NCBI GenBank assembly: GCA_012295275.1
Contig: CM022665.1
Coordinates: forward strand, 5,022,001-5,086,000
Length of the DNA stretch: 64,000 nt
Source of the DNA: Chrysomallon squamiferum
Lineage: Eukaryota; Animalia; Mollusca
Reading direction: 5' to 3'
The position numbers and the translations under genes were made by a program. Of this stretch, positions 44,631 through 58,226 are shown in pieces (position 1 is the stretch's first letter; every line of letters starts with the position of its first letter). A model generated the notes under the pieces. It saw only the letters and a program-made list of their open reading frames with translations, had not been told where the DNA came from and did not search any database.

Positions 44631-45081
44631 TGTCTTTATAAACCAAAATCTAAATACCCTTATTAAGACTGAAAAGGGTACAACGTATGGTCACAATAGA
44701 AAACATAAAATTCGAGAGAGAAAAAAATTAAACCCCTTAAAAATCACCTAACTTCCTGGCAAAACAGGATGACATTTATCATCTTTCGCAGAAAATGGCC
44801 CCGACAGCCATTACTCGACGTCACAGGTCACGAGAAAATTAGATTTTTGTCGCTTATCTTTAACACAATTCAGCCAAGTAACCATACAGTTTTACACATG
44901 AAAGAATACATTAATAGCAATAAACATAGAATATACTGCCTTATTCTTCTAACAAGTTTGGATATAAACGATAAATGTTTACGTGAATGTTATATGCGGC
45001 AACAGGAAATACTTTGAAAACAAAAATCTGACGTCATTGCCGAAATCACAACACCCTGGAAGTGTGACGATTATTTCGAAG
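44631..45081. promoter_or_regulatory. Compact bidirectional promoter shared by RAB21 and TBC1D15/17
   Basis: 451 bp between divergent ATGs, CpG-enriched. ETS-like ACTTCCTG 44751-44758, CAGGAAAT 45003-45010 and CTGGAAGTG 45056-45064. Perfect CRE TGACGTCA 45029-45036 and CGACGTCA 44816-44823. YY1-like AAAATGGC 44792-44799 and AAGATGGC 45079-45086. Confidence 0.75.
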
Positions 45082-48000
45082 ATGGCTTCACAAAATCAGG
45101 TGATTATGCTTAATGTGAAAGTTTATTATATATTGAATGGGTCTGTTCAGTTTCTCAGTGTCAGATAAATAGTCTGTCACATCTCCATACTCCATAAATT
45201 CACTACCGGTTTAATTACACATTTTCTTGTTATCCATTTCCCCTCCCCTTTTTAATTCATTTCACTAAGAATTTCAATTTGAAACGTTTTATACAAATTA
45301 TAGGTATCACTATTTTGGCATAATTTTGTTTATTAAAGATAGCATATAAACAAAACGCAGTATTTAATTTTAATGTTTTAGACACATTTAGCCCTACAGA
45401 ATATGATAAGTACATACTAATTAACTGATGAATCCAAAGTTAGTCTAAAAATAGTAACCTACTCATAACATCACATCAATGATATTTGTTTGATCTTTTC
45501 TTTCTTTCTTTATTTTTTCTTGTTTTGCTTAGTCCTTTAGAAAATGAAATAAAAACAAACAAATATTTTGATGAAAAGTGTTGAGGCATGCATAATAGGT
45601 AGTGAAAGGACAAAGATTTTGTAAACCAATGCCTGAATGTGTTAAAACAGAAAGTATAGTGACATAGTCACAGATGATAGTGATGTTCATTAATGTAAAA
45701 ATTTGACTGCATGTTTTACATACCTTTTTGTGATTGTCTCATAGTAGACATTATCATGATTGTATAAATGCTTTTAAGTTTTCTTATTTCAAAATAATGC
45801 AAATGTTTTTTACATTTTTATATTTTTTCCTTTTTTGTTGTTATTGATAGTGTTCTGCGTAGGTTAGAATAGCAAGTGTGAATTACTGACAGTCATTTCA
45901 GATGACAGAAAATGTTATAATGATAACTGTATGTAGGAAGTGACAGCCCAAATTAAAAATTTATATCCATTTTAATTTTTTAGTTTTTTTGTATGTATTA
46001 GTTAAATAGAAATTTTGAATACAAATACAGAACAATTTTTTCATTTCTTTTGATATCTTGCTTACTTTTTGAGATGTGATGTTTTGAGCAAATGTGATAT
46101 GAGCTATTTACTGTAACTTGTAGCAAACATTAACTTGATTAATTAATAAATGATACAGACCATATATTGAGATCTGTTTTATTACTACCACAAGAAGTAC
46201 CTGAAAGTTTTTTGAGGCTGAGTATACAATATAATGAATATTTAAAAAAAAAATGTTCACTCATGAAAATGAGAAAAACAAATGCTTAAAAATGAGAAAA
46301 TTACAAAAAACACCATTTTTGACTGTCTCATTCTATTTCTGATGATCATTGTTCTCTTGTGTCCAAGTAGATGTCTTGACTTTCTTTATATAACTTGGAT
46401 CATTGGAATTAAAACAAAATGATGTGTTTCAGTATTTAACACTGACAGTGAAGCAAGGAGTAGGAGCTATAGATTGATTTTGAAATTTTGCTCAAAGTCA
46501 ACTTCCTTGATCCACCTTGTGATGAGATTGATGGGCAAGATCACTGGAATCCCCACAGAAGTTCAATTGTTTTAAAATATAAAGCATATTATTTATTTCT
46601 AAACAAATTAAAAAAAACAAGTGTATAAGACTATGCTTGCTGATATTGGTCTGTTTCAGCAGTAAAAAGCAAATGAAAATTATTTATCTTTAAGTTGACC
46701 TCCAGTAGATTTGCTAAGTTCTGTTACATTTTTTTTTCATGGTACAGTATATACAAAATGATCAGATAAAAAATTATTTCTTGAATAAATTTATAAGAAA
46801 CATAAATTAAATGATCATATTAAGTGGCTTACTGAGATAGTGCCAAATTCCATCAAGAAACAAGATCAGATTTGCCAGTAATGTGCACCCTGCACCCAAT
46901 GCCATTTTGAACACAAAAATTGTCAGTAGGTCACTGGTAGCAGTGATTATATTGGAAAATGCCTCAGTGAATGTTATGCTTAATTTAAAATATCATTGAA
47001 AAGGAAATTAAAAGAGCTTTCAAATGATACCAGAAACATTGGGTGTAAATTCATTGCAACATATTGTAATTTAAGTTTCAAGCTGATTTGTCATGAAAAA
47101 CATAGTTATTTTTCTTTTATTCCCATCTCATCACAGATTAGTAGAAAGTTCATTTCATTAGCTTTCCAATGGTGCTAAAAGCAGTAAACAGCATGGCTAC
47201 TTTCATGGTACCATGCCAAATAAATAGGGGTACTATTTTTGCTTTCCCTCTCGAAAATATATTCAATGCCAACTGCATTCACCGAATGACTCATGATTAA
47301 ACAAACAACGCACAATTCAAATGCAAATCATCATCTTTATTTCCATGCAATTCATAATGTTACAGGTTGCATGTAAGCCTAAGTAAGATATGTTAAAAAC
47401 AACTGATGATGCTCATTTTGAACAGTGATTGGTAGAAAAGTAACTGTCTGTCCCTACTAGCTATACGTAATAGTCACATTATAGTGTTGTTTTATGTGAT
47501 CACTAAAATATTTGTGATTATTTATTTGATTTCTTTTTGTTTAACAACTGATTTTCTTAATATATATATTTATATATTTCTAATGTACAACATTTCTATA
47601 TTTGATATGGATATTATTGTTCTTTGTTTTCTCTCTTAAAGCAAGTGCTATATGAAAAGGACAATGTATACATCCACATTAATGTTTCCAATGCCAAAGA
47701 TAAAGATGCACACATTTGTGGCAGAGTATTTCTTATTTCCAAGGTAAGATATCTATTAATATAATGATGATGATGATGATGATTAATATTTCATATATTT
47801 CCAAATTTCTGAATGTTTATTTTGAGTATGATTGAATATATATTTACACATGCACAGCATAGGCATGCATGCACACACAGACACACACACATACACATAC
47901 ATAGATACATTCATGTACGTCGTATACACTCACAATATTTACACACATACTTTATATATTTTTTGGCATGCACTTCAGAATTTATATTTGTGAAACTGAT

Positions 48001-51000
48001 CAAGCAGAGATGATATTTGTATACAGTCAGTGTTTACATAGATTATTTAATTTACAAATGCCAAAATTCTAGCACAATACATAATAATTAATTATTCAGT
48101 AATACATTTTTACAGATTCATTATTTATGTATTTTGATTTATGTTCTTCCAGCCTGATGGAACATACATAGAATGGAAAGCTGAAGACACAATTCCAAAT
48201 GAATCAACTGATCAAGATTGGGCAGTTATCACAAGTGGGACATCATCTTCCAATTCTGTGTGCTACAGAAATGATCGGGAATCTGATACAGGTAATAGTG
48301 TTCATCAACAGAAGAAATAACATCCATTTTCTTATATATACACATACATACAAACATACAAAGACTGACTGAAAGACAGATACATATATACATATATATG
48401 AGAAACGTTTGGCAAGTATACATAATTATCAGATATACCACAATCAAGCTACTAAAGTTTTATGATGCTAAATCTAAATAAGTATAGCAGACATCCATAA
48501 TTACTTTGCAAATGTGACAATGTAATGTTTACATTACAATGGATACAAATTAAACAACCAAATTTTATAATTTTTGTGACGTCTGATAAGCAGATAAAAC
48601 TAAATTTAAAAAAAAAAAAAAAAAAAGACATTTCTATTAAATAGATAGATACAAACACACATATATTATTCTGATTATTGCGCCATTAAATTTCATAATA
48701 AATTTAAAAATTGCTAAATTTACCTTATTTGTACAAATGTTTCTTCACATTATGCCTTTTAGCTCATATTTTTTAAGTAAAGAATAAAATGTTTCTCTTT
48801 TGGTATATTAATAATATAGTTTAATTGTCACCATATTATTATGATTATACAGACAAGTTAGTTAAATCACTGATTTAGATCCATTGAGTAGTTTGAGTTC
48901 AAAACAAATGTAATCATTTTCTCATTTTGCAACAAAATAAGTAATAATAAACTGACTTTGTTTTAGGTTCCATGAATGCTAAGATGGATGCCCGAAGAAA
49001 ATATAATATAACATTTGATGTACTGGATCTGAAAAGTTTCAAAAGAAATGCTCCAAACCATGGTTGGGCTTATATTATTTTTATTCTCAAAGATGGAACC
49101 ACATATCCTGCCCTTCACTTTCATGCTGGCGGCAGTAAAGCTTTGCTTAAAGACTTGGAGAAATTTGTTCACATCCGCAGGTACATATACATTTCCAACT
49201 GTTTCAAAGTGTTTATGAGAGTATCATTATGGTTGTATCTTATAATAAAACAAAATTTTGTAATTGCAGTAAAGTAAAGAAGAAACAGATTGAATCAGTT
49301 ACATCTTTTTTTTTAAAATTATTATTAATTATTATTTTTTAAATTATTAATATTCTTGATAGTGTTGGCTTCTATTTACAATTTGAAATTATTTTTTTTT
49401 TTTTTTTTTTTTTTAAATATTTTTAAAAAATTTTTTTTTTACTATCTCTTTATTTAGAAAAAGGACTAATAAATCAACCTGTATAATTAAAACAATTAGC
49501 TAAATAATGTGTGTGTTTGTGTGTGTCAACCAGAATAAATTTCTCCAAATTTAACCTATTTTATCACTAACAATATTTTTTTAACAAACAAATTTTCATT
49601 CAGTTTTCTTCCAGTCTGATTTTTTTCGGGTTTCAATATAGATGTTCCTTTCTTTTTATGTATTATTATTAGTAGAAAAGGCAGAACTTGAACTTATTAA
49701 ATATGTGTTATTTATTTCAGATCACCAAATGATTCCCGACTCTTTATAGTTCAAGAACATGATCCAGAGATGTTGTCAAAATCATTTGATGAACTCAATT
49801 TGTTTGCTGACTCATCCAGAGATCTTGTTTCTGTAAGTAATTGTGTCTGACATGTTTTATTACAACATTTATTTCTGCTAAGCATTAAATTAATTTTATT
49901 GTTATTTTTTTTTTTTTTTTTTTTTTTTTAAATAAGAAATTGAAATTTAGACTACAATAGTGAATCTTCAAATAATCATTTGTAAATTGTGAGAAAGAGT
50001 GAGTGTTTTCTACAACACCAGTCATGAGTTTTTCAAAAAGGTAGTTTATTTAGAATACTTAAATATGTGCAAATAGTTACTGAAATTACCATTTGTCTCT
50101 ATTCTGAATCAAGTGTTTTCTTAAAGGTACTTATAAATATTGCAACTTCTTACAAATGGATCATTAATAATTATATGAAAGGGGTTTTGATTATACCATT
50201 ATAATTTCTTCAAGATGTGTTTTCCAGTGGTCTGTGCATAAATAGAATTATTTTTTAAAGTTTACTAACAGTAGGGCAAAAAATAAGCGTTCTTCGAACT
50301 GAAAATTAAATAAAATGCCAAAGATCTTTGGCATTACAGAACTGTTTACAAATCCAACAGCAGAAACATTATCTTCAGCTAAAATATTAATCAAAAAATT
50401 TGTGCATGCAAATTAATTATTCTTATTGGCTGTAGTTGTTTATGGTTTAGTAAATGAAATTTTAGTGTGTTGTATAGCCTCATTAAAATGGTTCATAATT
50501 TTATTTTATGTTGCTATGTAAATCATGGTTCAAGTTGAGAATTAAATTAGCTATACTACTATTAATATAAAAATTATTTAAAAAATCATTTATATATATT
50601 AACAGTAAAAGCATCCCAAATTAAAATTTAGAGCTGTCTTAGATAAATGTCTGTAGTGATGTGTACATTTCATGGAGCATGAGTTTACTTTTTTAATTAT
50701 AATTTTTCTTCTTCTGCTTCTAGCAGCTTTCTGTTACAGTGGTACATGATATGTACTCATATAAATGCATGTTGTTTGTTTGGGCCTGTTGCCAACTAGG
50801 ATATGTACCTCATCTTTTCTGTCTAATTATTTGCTTGTTAATTGCTGTTTAAAGCTAAGTGAATTCAAAATTTCAATTTTTCAATATCATTCGTCTTTCT
50901 TTTTTTTTTTTTTTTTTGAATGATTCAAAATTACCATTTATTGATTTTTCCACAGGAATTGCATAAATATATTTTTAATTTTATTTTTAAATAAATTTAT

Positions 51001-51070
51001 TTACTTTTGACACTAAAAGCATAGTTTATTTTTATATTATTATTCTTTTTCTTACGACACTTGTTCATTC

Positions 51071-51103
<33 letters not shown>

Positions 51104-52243
51104 AATTTATTTAACATTAAAGTAATGACAATTTATATGTATCTAGAATTAGGTGTGTTAAATATTTTAAATCCTTACAAGTTATTTTTGCTTCATTGCA
51201 GAAATGGCAATATGGGAATAGATATCAAGTAGGTCTAATATTTCCAAAGGCTTATAGTAGTGTTTGTTATGTTAATATTGTCTGCTTGCGTCATTCATAT
51301 TGGTTTTAAATCTAACATACTTTCATTGTGCAATTATAGTTGCATATTTAACACCATATACCCCAAAATGTATCCTTATCAGCCCGTACCCTTTAATTAC
51401 TAACTAGGTATTCAACTGGATAAATAATAAACATTTTTTTATTATTTACTGCATGCTTCTTGTTTTATTTTTTTACAATTTATTGTTAATTTTTTATTAC
51501 TTATTTTTATTTATTTTGTTGTTACTGTTCTTAATGGTTATTACAAGATTAAATTATTGTTTCTTGTTATGTTGAAGTTTTGTTTGGTGTTTTTTTTTGT
51601 TTTTTTTTTTCATTTTTTTGATAATCATACACACACACACATATGTAAATATTTTTTAATTTATTTATTTATATTTTAATTTATATATGATTTTTTTTTT
51701 TTTTTTTTTTTTTTGAGAAATGTTCAACAGTTGGGGGGAAAGTAACTTATAAAAATGTGTTAATATGGTTTTAAAAGGTATATTAACTAAACATGTGCAC
51801 AGTACATATTTGTTTATATTCCATTTTTAAAACACAAACAATTAACATCATATCTGGGTAAATGCCTAAAATGACATATAAAATGAGCAGCAATTCTTCT
51901 GATATTTTACATTTAAAGTTCCACTACAGAGGTGGGTAACAATAATTATGAACTCTGGTGACATCATATAGGCCTGATGAAAATCTGATACAATACACCA
52001 GATATTATGTTACTAATGTGACGTTGTGTGTTTCTACTGCAGTCACTAAAGGTACAGGGAAAATCAAAATCACTAAAGATGCTTAAGAATTAGGACACAT
52101 TCCTATAAATCCATTGATCATCACAGATGTGAAATGTTTTTGTGTTTTATTATATTGTTGTTGTTGTGTCATTACTATTATTATTGTTGTTGATGTTATC
52201 ATCATTGTTTTTATTACTGTTATCATCATCATCATCATCATCA

Positions 52244-52274
<31 letters not shown>

Positions 52275-54298
52275 TATTATTATAGTTTTTATACATTTTT
52301 ATGAATAAAGTTATGCAGTTTTAGTAATAAGCTTCATTTTTATAAACAAGAATGATATTTCATCTACCTTTGCTGCCTTTTATTACCCAGAGTCATATTG
52401 TGCTTCAGCATTAGAGATGTCTTGATATTTTCTTCTTCCTGAATGTCTCTTTCTTCCTGATATTTAGCGATAAACCATAATTCATAACCTGTTTCAGTAT
52501 CTATATATTAAGTCGACACTTTCGTTAAAATATTTTCACTTTTTATTATTAATTTGGTTAGTTTAATTACTAAATTCTAAAATTCAGGTTTTTAATATTT
52601 TTTTTTTTTAAAGAATAATGATAACAGCTGAAAATTAGAATAGCTGAAAGCTAAAATTAGTAAGAACAGTAATTTTAATTTTTTCTTTCTTTCTTTTTTT
52701 ATTATTTTGTTAATTTTATTTTATTTTTTCATTATTTTTTTTTTTTTTTTTTTGTGTGGGTGTGTGGGGGAGGGGTTTTGTTTATTGTCTTGTTCTTATT
52801 GCTAGTATATTTTTATGCTAGTACATTAGTTACTGCAGTGATATAGTAATTGTATTTTTTAATAACATTTTAGTGTCAAAATTACTGTCTTAAACCAAAT
52901 TTTATTATTATTATTATTATTATTATTTATTTTTTGTTTTTATTATAATGATACAATTATTATGTAGACTTCATTCGATCCTTTCAGTTGCTTGAGTTAA
53001 GCACAAACACATCCTTTTAACTGAATGTGCAAGTGTAAAATAAAAATATAGACAAAAATATATTTACGTGCACTCAAATCCTTTATATGTATTATTTTCA
53101 TTTTCAACATTTTTAGTTATATTTAGTATTATATTTCAAAAATTATAAAAGTATTACATTAAATTTTCTTGCTTCATTTAGTAAAATTAACATTTAATTT
53201 AAAATGACAAAAAAAAAAAAAAAACAGAAATTATTATTACTGCTACATTACATTAACAATAATAATAATAATAATAATAACAACAACTTGTGTTTATGTA
53301 GCTATTGATATGTGTGATTAGTAGATTATTTTTATTGTTCATGAAGATTTGGCAGAGCATAAAATGTTACCCAAAACTGATTAAAATTCGGAATCTTTCT
53401 GCAGGCTAAAATCAAAATATTTTTACTCTGTCAAGGTAAATAATTTGCTGATGGACATGTATTTTCAGAAATTCATCAAGGACCCCTATGTTACTACAAT
53501 GGGTAGTTTCTCGAAGGTGACTAACTTTTTGCGAGATGCTTTGCTGCAAGACAGTAACCCTACAATGAGGCCGAGAGAGGAAATCGCTGAGTTGTTGCAG
53601 GAAGATATTCCAGGAATGGAGATCAGTCATCAAGATGAACCTGGATTTGAGGTCGTCACAAAGGTAAATTATCTCTTTTTTGTTTTGTTATTTAAATAAA
53701 TGGTATTTTAACTGCCTTTATTTGTTTTGTTTTGTTTGTTTATTTCAAAAATACATTGATAACTTCAATAAATTTTTAAATTTTATTTTATTTTATTTTA
53801 TTTTATTTTTTAAATTGATTTTATTTTAATTGTATTTAAAGAATTTAATTTAAATAAACTTCAATATTTTTTTTTGGGGGGGGGTAATTCTGAATGTTCT
53901 TTTCTTTCCTTTATTGTGAAGTTATCTTGTTTCTGGAGGTTTTTTTTTTTTTTTTTTTATATGCTGATTTGACCTTTTCCAGTTGGTGAACTTAGTTTCC
54001 CTTTCAGTTTTGAGTAAGATGATTTTTGAAATTTGCCAGATAGCGGCAAGCATTCATTTCAGAACTTCAGTAATTTTAACTCACTTCTTTAATTTTAATT
54101 TTAATTTTAATTTTAATTTTAACTTTAATTATTAGACAAAACTGCCTCCTAGACCAGAAGTAAAACGTGGAGATCCTCTGACCTCCACTCAGTGGCAGTC
54201 TATGTTGGATGGCGAGGGAAGAATAAAGGATCCAGAAATTGTAAAAGATATTATTTTCAGAGGGGTATGTTTTTTTATAATAATTATTATTACATGTT

Positions 54299-54353
<55 letters not shown>

Positions 54354-54510
54354 GGGTGTGTGTTAATTATTTTTTCTTGAAACATTGTAATGTTAATACA
54401 TATCTATCATCTTATTAACCTGCCTGCTATTTTAAATTCAAGTAAATGTCATAAAGTGTATTGTAGTATTTGATTTTCTTTAATAAAAAAAATATGTGTG
54501 TGTGTGTGTG

Positions 54511-54547
<37 letters not shown>

Positions 54548-57522
54548 GAACAAATAAGCAAGTGTTAAAAGCTAGTCTTCAAATAATAAATGGGTTTTAT
54601 CTGGGAGGTTTGTTTTGATTTTACTGAGTGTAAGTAAGGAAAAAACTAAGTGACTCGCTAAAGTTTGTCAACTAATATACTTTCAGGGAGTTGAAAGCTC
54701 ACTAAGAAGTGAGGTGTGGAAGTTTTTGTTAGACTACTACCAGTGGGATTCCACCTACAAAACCCGACAGGAGTTGAGAAAAAGAAAAGTGTTAGTTTTT
54801 ATGAACTTTATTCTTCAACATACCTGTAATTGTTCTTATATTTTCTTTTTATACTAGTACTTGGAAAATTAATTTTAAAAAAACACACAAAAGAAATTAA
54901 GGTGTTTTGATCTTAAAATAAGTTTCAAAATGCCTCAGATTTGGAACTGTTTATGGATTAGATGAATTCTTAATGCTGCAGATGTAGAGATAAGGTTAAC
55001 ATCAGTGCTTGGTAACATCACTGTTAGAGATCTCAATATTTTGGACGTATTTTAAAACTTTTTTTTCTTCTTTTTTTCTTCCAGTAACAGCAACATACCA
55101 TTTATATGCATCTTCTCACAGATATTATTAACATTTCACACACAGAGTGTTAGTTGTTTGTAAATGGCTGTTGTTTTCATTCTTATGCTCTTGTCTTTTA
55201 CAAAGGTTTTCTATTAATCTTTTGTATGTAAATGTTTTTTCAGAGATGACTATTTCAGGATGAAACTGCAGTGGAAAACAATCAGTGCAGACCAGGAAAG
55301 ACGATTTGCCCCTCAACATTTAGCTTACCAAGGAGATTGGTGCAGAGCTACATGCTGCAATGTTTTATTTGTTTTATATATATTATGTTTAATTTGACAT
55401 CAACATTGGAATTGGAAACATGTAAAGCGTGTGTTTCCCTCAACATGATTTACTCATTTGTGAGAGTTACTTTTTAATGATATTGTTAAAGTTTTGTTTG
55501 ACTGTTTACTAAAACAACTTTGTGTTAATACAGTTTGATAATAAGAATTAGTGTAAGATAATTTGATTTAAACATTCATTGTATGAACTGTGTTCTGGTT
55601 GCAGTTTATCTCTTGTTTTTGTGTGTGTGTGTGTGTGTGTGTGTGCATGCATGCATAGACAGACATGATTTGATACATCCATTTCCCTCTCTTGGTTACT
55701 CCCATTTTCATTTACTCTTTCTGCAACCACTGGGATTTATTAGTATTATTTTTTTATGTAAAAAGAATGCAGTATCTCTTGTGGTCTGAACATAATTATT
55801 AGTAATATCTGTAATTGTTTATTTCAGACAAAGATGTAACTAGGACAGACAGAACACAGTCATTCTTCACTGGCGACAACAACCAGAACTTACAAGTTTT
55901 AAATGATGTTCTCATCACGTACTGCATGTACAATTTTGATCTTGGTAATTAGTGTTGTTTTCAGAATTCTACCTTTATAAACAGTTTAAAATGGATTGCT
56001 GGAGTCTTTTTTTGTTTGTTTGTTTTATTTAATTTTTATTTTTAATTCTTATGTTTTTTTAACATGCATTGGATATACAGCTTCCTTTGAAGTATAAGGA
56101 TTACTTAGAATTATAATTTTTTTTTTTTTTTTTTTTTTTTTTCTGTTTCAGTTATTATATAGAAAAATTAACATACATTCAATACAAAAACATATTTTTG
56201 AAATATTGAAAGTGATATAAAAAAGTAAATGATATTTCATTTTTTTTTAACAGAGGCAGTATACAACTGTTTTCCCAAATTATATTCATATTTTGTTTCC
56301 TTTGGTTAATAATGAGGTTTATCTTCATGTTTAAATAAAACTTTTTTTTTTTTTTTTTTTTGAACCAGGGTATGTTCAGGGCATGAGTGATCTCTTGTCA
56401 CCAATCCTTGTTGTCATGGAAAATGAGGTGGATGCCTTTTGGTGTTTTGCAGGCATAATGGAAAGATTAGTAAGTAATGTCAAATGTAAAAGAAATTTCT
56501 GTTGGTGATTTAGTGTAAATTTTCATAACAAGAAAACCCAATTAATCTAATTTCTTTTCTTGCCATCTGAAGGAAACTGTTACTATAAATAACAAACTTA
56601 ATTAATTCATCATGGTATTACTGAATCTTCACCATTTTTGTTTGTTGGTTTGTTATGTAATTTATTATATCCATTTGTCTTCAGTGTGGTAATTTTGAAA
56701 TGGACCAGAATGGAATGAAGGTACAGCTCGCTCACATACACAAGCTGATGCAGGTGTATGATCCAGAACTGTGTAACTACCTTGGTAAGTAATCAAGACA
56801 AGTTTAAATAAAGTAATAATATGGAGTGGGGGACGTGTAAAGTTAGGTGTTTGCCATTTAATAAGAAATTCAGTGACTTTGTTATAGTAGATAGAGAATT
56901 ATATTTTGAATAAACACTTGAAAAATTATTTTTATTTATATATCATTATATGGAGGAGGTTCAGTTATTTTGTTTTAGCAGAATTTTAATTACCTTTGTA
57001 AGTTAATTATGTATTGTAGATTGCTTTCTTTCCTTTATTTTTTTTTTTATTATTATTATTTTTTTTAATTTATTATAAATTAATAATTGTCATTTAATAG
57101 AAATTTCAATTCTTTTGTTATTGTATGTAATTAATTAAGTTTTGTATAGAGGTTTGTTTTCATTTTAAACTAAAAGCAAATAAAATTCCTTGTAACTGCA
57201 AGTTCTTCTGTTTTTTCTATCTGTATATTTAGTCAGTGGTTAATTTTGAAACTTACGATTTGTTTACAGAAAGTCACGACTCTGGAAATTTTTATTTCTG
57301 CTTTCGATGGATTCTGATCATGTTCAAAAGAGAATTCCATTTTCATGAAATTCAGAGATTGTGGGAGGTAAGTAACCAAGTGGTTCACACTAACAAATCA
57401 ACCATTAATATATTTGTTTCACTGTGCTTTTGTCATCATTAGGTATTAGCTCAATGAGACTGCACTGGCATGATGCATAACAGGTCAGATGTATGTTTAT
57501 ATGTGTGAATATGTGTATACAG

Positions 57523-57570
<48 letters not shown>

Positions 57571-57611
57571 CTCTATATATAGATAGTTAGAGAGATAGAT
57601 AGATACAGATA

Positions 57612-57642
<31 letters not shown>

Positions 57643-58191
57643 TATGTAAGCAATGCTATTAATGGTTTATTTGTGACAAATTACATCCTGCATATATTAA
57701 TAAATGACATTTTGTAAATTTTCACTCGCACAAAATGCTTCAAGAAATGGCTTTATTGTTCCTTTAACTTTTGTTTTTTGGGGTGGGGTGGTCTTTTCTT
57801 TTTTTTTTTTTTTTTTTTTTTTAATGTAATTTGATCATTGGTTTTTAATATTGGAATTAACTCTAAAAATATTTCTGTATAACACCTACATATTTGAATG
57901 TGGTTTTTTCAGATACTGTGGACTGACAGACCTTGTAAGAATTTCCACCTGGTCATAAGTCTGGCAATACTTGATTCAGAAAAATCAACTCTTATGGAAA
58001 GTAGTTTTGGTTTCACAGAAATTCTCAAGGTATGTAAATTTATTGTATTTGAAACTAGTCAGTGTATTTTTTTGAAGATTAAAAGCTTACTCAAAGAAAT
58101 GCTATCTTCCCATTTTAACTGTAATCTTTCAGGAGTATCAGTTTTATGATAACTGATGAAAAAGGAAGATGTAATAACAGTAACCTATCTT

Positions 58192-58226
<35 letters not shown>

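Noticed and set aside
51370-51377. GTATCCTT, a perfect U12-type 5' splice-site core inside TBC1D15 intron 5
   Set aside because: No in-frame exon with an acceptor ends there, and I saw no TCCTTAAC-type branch point before the downstream acceptor at 53468. One 8-mer match in 64 kb is plausible by chance.
52114-54380. Hydrophobic poly-Ile/poly-Val ORFs that look like membrane peptides (similar cases at 28657-28905, 30957, 32828 and 17486)
   Set aside because: They are translations of (ATT)n, (CAT)n, (GTT)n and poly-T tracts in introns. Only the embedded exon parts are real.
55310-55446. 10-bp direct repeat CCCTCAACAT (55310-55319, 55437-55446) as the TSD of an insertion that broke exon 9
   Set aside because: Removing the enclosed segment gives FAPQHDLLI, which is shorter than and unlike the conserved sequence. 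It does not restore the exon, and there are no TIRs.
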